Of a stretch of DNA of 64,000 bases, positions 53,540 to 64,000 are shown in pieces. The stretch is from the NCBI GenBank assembly GCA_013239625.1, contig MU054323.1, forward strand, positions 17,674,029 through 17,738,028, in the 5' to 3' direction. The DNA is from Lama guanicoe. Lineage: Eukaryota. Under the pieces are notes generated by a model. The model did no database searches. It was not told where the DNA came from and saw nothing but the letters and a program-made list of their open reading frames with translations. The first letter of the stretch is position 1; every line of letters starts with the position of its first letter. The position numbers and the translations under genes are program-made.

Positions 53540-54580
53540 AAGTAGTGAAAGTATTTATCCTTAGCTGAAACAAGTCAAGCGTATATATTGTAAACTTTAG
53601 GGTTACTATTAAGAGGATAGTGAAAGTATATATAAATAATATAATGTAGAAATAGTAAAAGAAAACATAATAATAAAACACTCAGTTAAGCCCAAGGAAG
53701 GCAAGAAAGATGATAAGAAGGATTAAGTAACAAGTAGAATAAATAGAAACTAAAATAGTAAGATGTTAGCTGTCAACTCCAATATATTACTCCTCCAGTT
53801 AATTACCATGAATATAAATGGCACAATATTCCAGTAAAGAACAAAGATTGTCATACTGGTCTTAAAAATATATGTGCTTTTTATGAAAGATACAAGAGTA
53901 ATAATCTAAAATTATAACACAGAATAGTTAAAAGTAAAAGAATAGAAAAACATTTTATATAAACACTAACCCAAAGAAAGCTTGTATAGCTATAAATAAC
54001 ATATAAAGTAGACTTTAAGGAAAGATACATTATTAGAAATAAAGTGTGATATTTCACAATAATAAAAATATTAACCCATCAGGAAGATTTAGCAATTCTA
54101 ATCTTGCATACAACCAGCAACATAGTACAAAATACATAAAGTGAAAAAAATTGCCACAACTTCAAGGAGAAATAGACAAATCTACAGTCACATTAGAAGC
54201 TTTTAACACATCTCTTAGAAATTGATAGAACAGGAGACAAAAATTAGTAAGGATGCATAACATTTGAACAATGTGACTAACAAAATTGACACAATTGATA
54301 TATATGAAATATTTCACCCAACATTTACAGAATTCCCCATAACACAGAAATTAAACAATATATTTCTAAGTAATTCATCAAAGAAAAAAATCACAGTAGA
54401 AATTAGAAAATATTTTGAACTAAATCATAATGAAAATATGACATCAAAAATTTTAATACGCAGTTACATCTGTGTTTAGTGGTAAATGTATAACTTTAAA
54501 GGCTGAAATGTATAGCCTTGCACAAGAATTACATAAGAATCCATCTCATTCATGATTTAAAACCCATAGCAAACTAGTAA
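53540..54580 (+). mobile_element. Old L1 ORF2 5' (endonuclease) remnant
   Basis: aaagtagactttaagg, catcaggaagatttagcaattctaa, gaaattagaaaatattttgaact. Confidence 0.75.
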
Positions 54581-54589
54581 TTTTTTTTT

Positions 54590-56060
54590 CTCTTTTCAGT
54601 AGTCTTTTATTTTGCGATAATTGTAGACTTACAAAAAGGTTGCAGAAAAGGAAAGGACTCCTGTATATCCTTCACCAAGATTTTAAAGTTGTATCATTTG
54701 TTTTATCTATTTCACTTTATCTATATTATTTATGAGCCATTTAAGAGTTAAGTTATAGATATATCTTTATCCCCCAAATACTTCAGTATGTATTGTTTAA
54801 AAACAAGGAAACTTACTTGCATAACCACAGTAAAACTACCAAAATGAGGATACATTGATATAACATTATCGTATAATCTACAGACCTTACTAAACCTTAA
54901 CAATTTTCCTAATATTATCTTTTATAATTTAAAAAATGTATCTTTTCTGGTCCAGGATCCAATCCAGGACCACACATTGCATTAGTTGCCATGTCACTTT
55001 AGTCTTTTAAAATCCAAAATACTTCTTTATCTTTACTGTTTAGTTTCTGACTATAAAATTTTTGAATAATACAGGCTTGTTGTTTTGAAGAATATACTTC
55101 TATTGAGTTCAGTTAATGATTCCTCAAGAATAGATTCAGATAATGCATTTTTGGTGGGAATACCACAGAAGTGATATTGTATCTGTGTCAGTATATTATA
55201 TCAGGATGCCCATGGTGTTGGTTTGTCTTATTACTGGTAATGTTGACTTTAATCATGTAGTTAAGGTGTATCTATCAGTTCCTCTATTGTAAAATTACTA
55301 TTTTTCCCAATGCAATTCGAAGTATTTTATGTGGAGATATTTTAAGACTCATTTTTAACATCTTTCGATGATTCCAGAATTAATAATCACTATGATGATT
55401 GCAAAATGATGATTTTCTAACCCAATCATTCCTTATATATTTATTAGTTAGAATTCTAGTATAAGAGACTCTCCCCAGCTATCCACCCACCAGCCTATCT
55501 TGTAGTTAATTTTATCTTTTAAAATGTATTAATATTAATTCATGGGTTTTTACTTTATTCAATATAGTTGTAGTTTTTTACTGCTGGTACTTGTTTTGAT
55601 GTTCAAATTGTCCAAGATTTATTGAATTAAAATTCCTTCAGGCTGGTTCCTGTGTACTTTTGACATGTTCTTATCATTTTTCGGAGCACGTACTCACTCT
55701 CTGGAAGCTATTCCAGGCTTATCTCATGTTTTTCCTGCCCCAAGTCTGGAATCAGCCATTTTCCCAACGAGCTCTAGTTCCTTTGGAGGATGATATTGAA
55801 TAATATTTAGAAACCAAGATTTATGTGCTAGGTATACTCTCTACTTTTATGCCAATAGACAGAGCTAGGAAATATATATGTACATAAATGCAGTTATATA
55901 CACAGACATAATTATGTTTGTATTTATATGTATATCTATATGTAAAACCATTCTTTTGTAAGGATTTTTCCAATTCCAATACAGCACCAGTGTTCATCCT
56001 AGTTTTCCCCATTCCCATATTTTGAAACTCCCTGTTCTGACAGTGAGAGACCTGTGTCCT
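54590..56060 (-). mobile_element. L1MC-like 3' region nested in the plus-strand L1
   Basis: tctggtccaggatccaatccaggaccacacattgcattagttg and tggaatcagccattttcccaacgag, reverse homologs of motifs in 20810-22170. Confidence 0.75.
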
Positions 56061-56069
56061 ATCTTATAG

Positions 56070-58215
56070 ACTGTCTTTAAAAAACCTCTAGCAAATAGGT
56101 GAAATAATGATAGCTTTTCTTCTGAGGTTAGGCATGAGATAAGGGTGCCTATTATTATTTCTATTCGACATTGTACTAGAGATCCTACCCAGTAAAATGA
56201 GACAAGAAAAAATAGTAAAGAAAGATGTTAAAAGAAGGGTCAAAACTGGTATTATATAATATAGCATGCAGCTGTTGTCAGATTGTTAAAATAAGAGATG
56301 GAGTAAAATGTTTGTGATCTTAGGGGGAGGGTGTAGCTCAGTGGTAGAGTTTGTGCTTAGCATGCACAAAGTCCTGGGCTCAATCCCAAGTACATCCATT
56401 AAATAAGCAAATAAGTAAATAAACATACTTATCTGCCCCCCCAAACAAACAAACAAAACAAAACAAAAAAAGTTTGTGATCTTGTATTTGGCAAATATTT
56501 CTTAAATAGGACCCAAAGAGCATGACATATAAAAGAAAAAAATTGATAAACTTGATTTTTTACAAATTAAAAATAATTGCTCATCTTTAGACCATGTTAA
56601 GGAATGAAAACTCAAACCACAGTCTGCAAGACAATATTTATAAAATATACCTGATAAAAGGCTTGTATCAAGAACACAAAAGAATGCATACAACTCAATA
56701 AGAACTCAAAATAAAAGAACTCAATTTATAAAATGGGTGAAAGATTTGAATAGATATTTTATTAATGGCAACAAGCACATTAAAAGATGCTCAACGTTAT
56801 TAGTCATCAAGGAAATGGGATTAAAACCATAATAAGATACCATTACACACCCATTAGAAGGCTTCACATTAACAACACTGACAGTACCAAGTGTCGCCAA
56901 AGATGTCGAGCAACTAGAACCCTCATCTATTCCTGGTAAGAATGTAAATGATACGGTCACTTTGGAAAAATTTGACAATTTCTTATGAATACACCACTTA
57001 CCATAGGACCCAGCATCATGCTCCTAGATATCTACCTAAGAGAAATGAAAACATATGTATTTACAAACTCATGTACTTGAATGTTCATTACAGCTTTTTT
57101 TCATAATGACCCAAACTGGGAAACAACAAAATGTCCCATTAACAGGTGAGTGGATAACAAATTGTGGTATATCCATAAAATGGAATGCTATTTAGCAATA
57201 AAAAAAAACCCCAATGAACTACTGATACGTGGAATGGCATGGATAGAATTTCAAAAGCATTGTGCTCAGTAAAAGAAGCCAGACACAAAAAGGGTTACTT
57301 CCTATGTGATTGCATTTATATGAAATTACAGAAAGAACAAAGGTATAGTGACCGGATACATGTCAGTGTTGCCAGGAATCAGAGGGTGGGAGAAGGAAAT
57401 TGACTTCAAAGGACAAAAGGGAACTTCCACTGGTAATGGAAAGATTCTATATCATGAGTATGATGATGATTACGTTATAGAATACATTTATAAAATTCAC
57501 AGACTTGTACTCAAAAGGGTGAATTTTGTTGTATGAAAATCATACCTCAATAAAGCCGACCCCTGAAAATAGGTCAGAGACTTGAACAGGTATGTCAAAA
57601 GAGAGAACATCTAAGTACCAGGAAACACATGAAAAAGCACAAGTCAAAATCAGAAGAGGTGAAGCAGCCGGAACTCTCCCACACAGCTGGTGAGAATGTA
57701 AATTGGCATGGCATACCACTTTAGAAACCTGTTTGGCAGTTTCTAAGAAAGCTGAACATGTGCATAACCTGTGACCCGACAATTTCAGTCCTATTTGTAG
57801 TAACCAAATTTGCAAACAACCCAAATGTCCATTCAACAGTAGACAAGATAAATAAATTATGTATAACTATACAATGCAATACTACACAGAATGAGAGTGA
57901 ACAAACTATTGCTACACAAGGATAAAGCTTATAAACATAATATTGAGTGAAAGAAGCCATACACAAAAGGCTACATTTATTTAAAAGCTCAAATTAAAGA
58001 AGAAATTAAATTATGGTACTAGAAGTCAGAATTGTGTTATCTGACAGAAGGTTATAGTTGAGTGGAAGCCTGAGGGGGCTTCTAGGGGGCGAGTAGTCCT
58101 CTGTGATCTTCATACCAGCTATATGGCTGTGTTTACTTTGTGAAAATTCATTGAGATTCTACCCTTACGATTTGTGCCATTTTTATTTATGTATGTTACA
58201 TTCAATCAAAGGTGC
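56070..58215 (+). mobile_element. Old L1 ORF2 and 3' UTR fragments (L1MB/ME-like)
   Basis: ttctattcgacattgtactagagatcctacccag, aaaagatgctcaacgttattagtcatcaaggaaatg, and two successive 3' UTRs. Confidence 0.8.
56323..56471 (+). mobile_element. tRNA-derived SINE, Vic-1-like, inserted in an old L1
   Basis: GGGGGAGGGTGTAGCTCAGTGGTAGAG head, (CAAA)n tail, perfect TSD gtttgtgatctt at 56310-56321 and 56472-56483. Confidence 0.9.
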
Positions 58216-59481
58216 ATTTAAATAGTTATAATCACATGAATCCTTGTGTAACAGTCATAACACAGAGCACAATTTATAACCAAGTAAAGTCTATTCATGT
58301 GAATTTGCCCAATCTAAGAATATCTTATAAATGGAAATCCAAACATAAAAACAGAAGATTACTTGTGCACAAAAGCACCTTTCACTTTACAAAACAACAC
58401 ATCAAATGCATGAAAGGATCAAGGATAACACCATAGCAGATCCATTTTTCAATTTTGTAAATTTATCCTAATGAAAGAAATAATTCAACAGAAGCACACA
58501 GCTTGCTGTGAAAATGCTCATTTTAAACATCATATCTGCTGGCTAAAATCAACTCAAACATCCAACCAGTGGATCAAGATTTAATAAATTATGATATACC
58601 TGTATGAGATAATTACATACATTTAAAATGATGAATAGACTATGTAGGAACACTAAAAAATTTTGCAGGTACAATGCTAGGCAGGAAAATCAAAATGTAA
58701 GATAATATGTACACCACGATTCTAACTATGTAAAAACGAACCAATTGGTAATACGAAAAAATAAAAATCTTTTGTGTTGGAGTGATAGATTTATGGATTT
58801 TTTTTGAAGGGGTAAACCTTCCCCCCACACCATGAATATTTTTTTTCTATTATTTGGATCAGTTAGAGTTCTCTTGTTGCAACCAACAGAAATTAACTTA
58901 AATGAGAAAGAGATTTATAGAGTCATATAGGAGTAAATTACAGACTCAAAGGAATTACTGAATGCCCAAGAGGAAAGAAGAGGAACCGGGAAGGTTACAG
59001 AGATTTTAGAAACAAAAGTTTCCTAACAAACTTGCTAGGATTCTGCCTCCTGATGACTAGTTTTAAATATCTTCTTTCCCTGTGTGCCTGTACTCCAAAT
59101 TTACGTTATTGGGAGATAAAATCTGATCATTCTAGCCTGAGTCAAGTTATCCTTTGATTGGCAACCATATCAGGACAACCTGGAATTGGGGGAAAGGCCT
59201 CTCTAAGGAAGAGGGGTAGCGTTGTTACCAGAAGAACAGGGTGAAGAAGGATGCTAGGTGGGCCAAAACAACAGTTCCATGAAATCTTACATCATCTTCT
59301 CAATAAATCAGACTATTACTACTTTTTTCTTTATTGAATAAAAATATTCTTACTGTAGAAAATTTGCAAAATTCAGAAACGTATAAAGTAAAAGAGCAAT
59401 GAAAAAGCAAGGATCCTCCATCCCATTATCCATAACCCTGTAGTAATTATCTATTGCTGCTTAATAAATTATCTTCAAAAC

Positions 59482-59955
59482 TAGGATGACTAGAGACAGA
59501 AAGTTGTAGTGGTTGCCTAGGGCTAGAGGGAGTGAGGAGACTCCGGATGATAGCTAAAGAATACAGGATTTTTTTCTTTTTTCAGGATTTCTTTGCTCTA
59601 AAATTGGGTTGTGGTGATGGTTGCCCAACTCTGAGTATACTAAAAGCATTGAACTTTTTCTTGGGGAGGGTTGACTAGGTATTTATTTATTTAATGGAGG
59701 TACTGGGGATTGAACCCAGGACCTCTTGAATGCTGAGCACACTACCACTGAGCTATACCCTCCCTGCCAAAACCATTGAACTTTTAATAGGCAAACATTA
59801 TGGTATGTGAATTATATCTGAATAAAGCTATATTTTAAAATTCTAGTGTAACCAACTATCCGATTTGCCTAGGACTTCCTTGGTTTTAGCATTGAAAGTC
59901 CCATGTCCCAGGAAACCCCTCAGTCCTGGTAAAATGTAGATAGTTGATCATCCTA
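59482..59955. mobile_element. MER81-like hAT-Blackjack MITE split by an L1 3' end (~59491-59840)
   Basis: Ends taggatgac and gatcatccta. Body ggttttagcattgaaagtcccatgtcccaggaaacccctcagtcc. 8-nt TSD ttcaaaac / ctcaaaat. Confidence 0.7.
59659..59768 (-). mobile_element. tRNA-derived SINE, Vic-1-like
   Basis: Intact A box (TAGCTCAGTGG) and B box (GGTTCAATCCC) on the minus strand. TSD aaaa(g/c)cattgaactttt at 59642-59658 and 59769-59785. Confidence 0.9.
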
Positions 59956-61394
59956 CTCAAAATTTAGCAACTTGAAACAGTAAACCTTTGTTAGCTCATA
60001 GTTTCTCTAGACCAGGAATCCCGGAGGAGATTACCTGTGTGGTTCCGGCTCAGGGTGTCACTGGGTCTGTAGTCTTCTGAAGGCTTGGCTTGGACTGGAG
60101 GATCTACTTCCGAGCTTACTCGTGTGGTGTTTATCAAGAGGCCTCTGTGTCTGGCCATGTGGATCTCTCCATAGAATTCCCTGATGACATGGCAGTTGGC
60201 TTTCCCCAAGAGCTTGTGATCTGAGAGAAAGACTGCCTCGGATGCTATCGAGTCTTTGATAACCTTACCTTGAAAGTTGGGTGCCATCACTTCTGCCACA
60301 TTCTCTTGGTCACACAGATCAACTCTGGAACAGTATGAGAGGGAACTACACATGCTGTGAATACGAGGAAGCAGGAATCACTGGTCTGTCCTGGAGGCTG
60401 GCTCTAACCCTCTCAGCATTTTACAAACATTTTGCTGATTTTTAAATTAAAACATACCCAATTTACCACATATAGACAATTTAAGAGTACGAGTATAATA
60501 GAAAAGCATATAATGAACACCTTTGCACCTAAATTTTACCTCTATCTCTGGTTAGATAGGGTAGATTTCTAGATGTGCAGTTATTAGAGTACAAGAATTA
60601 AGCATTTTAAGATATTTTGCATATTGCCAGAATGCTTTTCTGATACTCGCAGTGTATCAGGGTGCCCATTTCACCACACCCTTACTAGCCTCAAATGTTA
60701 TTGTTAGTAGCTCTGCCAATTTCTAAGTGGAAAATTGTACCTCCGTGTTTCAGAGTGCCTTTTTAATAGTAAGGTTGTACGTTTTTCCATGTTTAGTGGT
60801 CCTGGCTAATAAATAAGCATGCAACAGCCCATAAATCCTTTCCAGATATATTCATGCGTTCATTTAATATTTGTTAAGTGCGTAGTATAAGAACAGGGGA
60901 ATATCTCTGCTCCTAAGATGCTCACATTCAAGTCAGTGAGATGGACAAGGGAAGAGTTCAATACATTTTAATCTGAGGAATTATTTTAAAAGTACAGAGT
61001 CAAGAAACCATTGGGTTGCTGGTGGAGACGGCAAGTACTTTTCTCATACTGGAACATCAAGTGCAGAGCTGAGGGATAAGGGTTAAGTGTTAAGAGAATC
61101 AGACCAGACAAGGGAGCTCAAACCCAATCTCGCTGGCCTTCTCAATCCTGTTAAGAAGGTTAGGCCTTATCTCTGAGGGCCAGAGGAAAGCCAGGAGGGA
61201 GCTGATCAGATTTGTGCTTTCGGAATCTCCCTTAGGCTAAAGTGTGGAGAAAAAATGAAGAGAGGTGGTAATGGAGATGGGACAGCCAGATAGGAAACAG
61301 CTGTAGTCTAGGAAGGACTTGAGGATGGCCTTATTCTGGTGAGTGGCAGAAAGGCTACAGAGAAGTGTCTTAGGTTTAAATGGTGTCTTTTTGT

Positions 61395-61530
61395 GGGGGA
61401 GGTTATAGCTCAAGTGGTAGAGTGCATGCTTAGCTTATACTACATCCTGGGTTCAATCCCTGGTACATTCATTAAAAAAATTCCTTTTAAGTAAATAAAC
61501 CTAACCCCCCCCCACCAAAGAACAATAAAT
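61395..61530 (+). mobile_element. tRNA-derived SINE, Vic-1-like
   Basis: GGGGGAGGTTATAGCTCAAGTGGTAGAG...GGGTTCAATCCC, followed by the family tail taaataaacctaacccccc. Confidence 0.88.
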
Positions 61531-61704
61531 GAATAGCATCCCTTGTTTCAGCCTAGGGCTCTGAGGAAATTAAGCAATAAAACAAAGAATTGGTAGATGG
61601 ACTCTTCAGCCATTTATTGCTGAAAAAAGTTAAGACAGAGGCCTTAGCTCAGTGTGAGCCAAGTGAGATACTAAGTAAACCCCCAGGATAGGGCAGGCCT
61701 CTCT

Positions 61705-62195
61705 AGGTGAATGCTGAGGTGCGCCACCTAGACTCAGCTTCAGAAATAAATTCCCCTGGCTGCTGGGAGTGCTGCTAGTGCCCTCAGCTAGCAGCCCTCT
61801 TTAGGGATGGCCTTGGCAGAAAAGAACCACTGGCTCACAGTTATGTCTTCCTTTTAGGTGACCAGCATCCAATAACTGATCAATGAGGAATATAAAGCTT
61901 TGACCCCCCCTAGCCCCAATTTGAGACATCTCTGAACATCATCCCAATTTTGGAGCTCCCCCAGTGTCCGCTTGGTCCTTTATTGAGACTGAATCTCAGT
62001 TCAACTTCTCCCTTTGCCCAGGCTTCCTCCCTTCTCTTCCCTTTCTGTTCCTATTCTTCCCTTCCTATCCTTTTCTTTCCCTTCCTGTTTTTTCCTTCCC
62101 TTCTCCAAGTCTTGATTCCAAGAGCACTCCCTAATAAACCCCTGCACATTAATTCTATCTCAGAACCTGTTTCCCAGGGAACCAAACCTGTGACA
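61705..62195 (+). mobile_element. LTR16-like (ERVL) solo LTR
   Basis: agcactccctaataaacccctgcac ... ctcagaacctgtttcccagggaaccaaacctgtgaca 3' end. Confidence 0.65.
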
Positions 62196-63319
62196 CCTCT
62201 GGGGAATCCTATACCTGGAGGATTCCAATGTCTGTCCCCTCTAACTAGCAGCCAAGAGGATGAAGGGTGGCTCAGAACTAACATGCCAGATAAATCATGG
62301 GTCACTCCACCTTCCCTGAGACAGAGTGGTTAAGTGCAAGAAGAGATGCCAGGAGTTACACCACCTATGTTTCTTCAACAAAGTAGAAAACATTACAACA
62401 GCACTGAGTGATATTAAAGAGACAGAACCACTAGGATATAGCTGAGGAAAAATAGGGCCAGTCAAGAATTACTCCTAGATTTCTCACTTGGGTAACTGAG
62501 TGGATGGTAGTTCCATTTAGTGAGACAAAAGAAAACACACATTTGGAGGAAAATATGAGTTTAGTTTGAGGTGTCTTTAGCTCATGTCAAAGTAGAAACA
62601 TTCATTAGTCAACTGAAGATATATATCTGGAGTTCAGGAGTGTGACCTGGAGTAGCAATATAATGCATGTACTCATCAGTATACGCATAGTGATGACAAG
62701 GATCCCACAAGGCTGACAGAGAAATAATTTAAGAAACAGAAGTAAATTTATTTTTTTTAAACCCCAGCAGTCTAATTAGCATTTTCAGAGATTTGAGATG
62801 ATATTACCTACCTAAAATAAGAGCAAGAATGCTATAAAAAGAAATATGAGAAAGTCTTGGGAATGAAAAGTATGATTGGCAAAGTAAAAATTTCACAGGA
62901 AGGATTAGAAGACAGAATTGATAAAATATCCCAGAAAGTAGAATATAAAAAGGTGACAGACATAAAGGATAATTTCAAAAGATCCAACAGTCAATTAATA
63001 ATATCTTTATGTAGATCCTGTCGTGGTTCTTTTTTGTATTATTATTGTTCATCCCTGGCTGAATTTCTGGACCAGTTTTAGCAGGTAGTTCATATGAGGA
63101 AATGCTAGGGGTTTTGTATTAGCCTGGAGGAAAGGATCCAGCAGAGGGAAAGGGATGCAGGGGAAGGTGAAGAAGGGTTAACTGACGGACTGCTCTACCT
63201 GAGAAGGTTAAATGGGGTGGATTCAAAGCTTTGGTGCAGGAGCTTGCCTTAAATGACAGGACACCCTTCCTTTGTGCAGGGGTAGAAATGTGTGCAGGTG
63301 CAGATAACTTCAGAATTGG

Positions 63320-63655
63320 TGTCTCAGTCCTTTCAGACTGCTGTAACAGAAAACCATAGACTGGGTGGATTATAAACAACAGAAATTTACTTCTCACAGT
63401 TCTGGAAGTTGGGAAGTCTAAGCTCGAGGTGCCAGTGCATTTGGTGTCTGGTGAGAGCCCACTTCCTGGTTCTCACTGTGTCCCCACAAGGGGAAAGGGG
63501 CTGGAGAGTTCTCTGGGGCCTCTTTTAGAAGGATTCGAAGCCCACTCATGATCTAATCACCTCCGGAAGACCCTACCTCCAAACACCATCACATTGGGGT
63601 TTAAATTTCAGCATGTGAATTTGGGGGAGGGAGACACAAACATTCAGTCTTTAGC
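63320..63655 (-). mobile_element. MLT1A/B-like solo LTR
   Basis: tgtctcagtcc...ctgctgtaacagaaaaccatagactgggtgg ... gacacaaacattcagtctttagca. Confidence 0.82.
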
Positions 63656-64000
63656 AGGTGACCAGAAATGGAGGGATTGTTTTTCTGATGTTTTCTGTGT
63701 TCTCTGTGAAGTATGGGCACTGTCGTCTATTGAGGCTTCCTGGGCGAGGGGGGAGGTTGGGCTGGCATGTGGGTAGGAAACTCTGAAGAGTATGGAGATT
63801 TGGGGGGTAGTCTAAATGAAAGATGAAAAACCAACCAACAAAAAGCTGCATAGGGAAACAATTAATGATTGCCAAGCTACTCTGAGGGCTCAGACAAGTA
63901 GTAGATGGGTTGTAACACCAGTGGAAGATTGAGAGTAGATTTGGATAATCAGAACCCAAATGAGGAATCTATAAAAAGGAGGAGGCAAGCTAGTCTCATA

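Larger units (their letters stand above)
59438..60405 (-). mobile_element. MLT1 LTR containing nested MER81-like MITE, L1 3' end and SINE
   Basis: ctattgctgcttaataaattatc resumes as ttagcaacttgaaacag after 59963, then continues gccatcacttctgccacattctcttggtcaca. Confidence 0.75.

Noticed and set aside
2398..61530. SINE density skew (1 copy in 40 kb of intron versus 5 in 24 kb upstream)
   Set aside because: Counts are too small to mean anything.
1..64000. CRISPR arrays, operons, rRNA or other prokaryote-type systems
   Set aside because: The sequence is clearly mammalian; no regularly spaced repeats or gene-dense segments were seen.

Overview
Mammalian, repeat-rich genomic DNA, most likely a camelid (camel, alpaca or vicuna), judged from six tRNA-derived SINEs that resemble Vic-1. 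The only supportable protein-coding sequence is the first coding exon of MAP4K3 (GLK, an STE20/GCK-I kinase) on the minus strand at 40364-40459. It encodes [32 protein letters not shown] and sits in a CpG-island promoter (~39950-41620). Positions 1-40363 are intron 1; I found no exon 2 in the window. Positions ~41600-64000 are upstream DNA, where human carries the divergent lncRNA MAP4K3-DT. The rest is mostly decayed transposable elements: L1, L2, L3/CR1, MIR, MLT1 and LTR16, and hAT elements. Repeat family names are recognised from memory of consensus sequences, not from a search. The most interesting structure is in the island. A 19-codon uORF is in frame with MAP4K3 and separated from it by a single TGA. 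That uORF's ATG shares one CATG palindrome with a strong-Kozak ATG opening a 124-codon ORF on the opposite strand. A potential G-quadruplex/hairpin switch ends 6 nt before the kinase ATG. Clean retrotransposition fossils include a twin-primed inverted L1 with a nested younger L1 and a four-level element nest. I cannot demonstrate a new biological system from sequence alone; the 5' UTR architecture is the best candidate.
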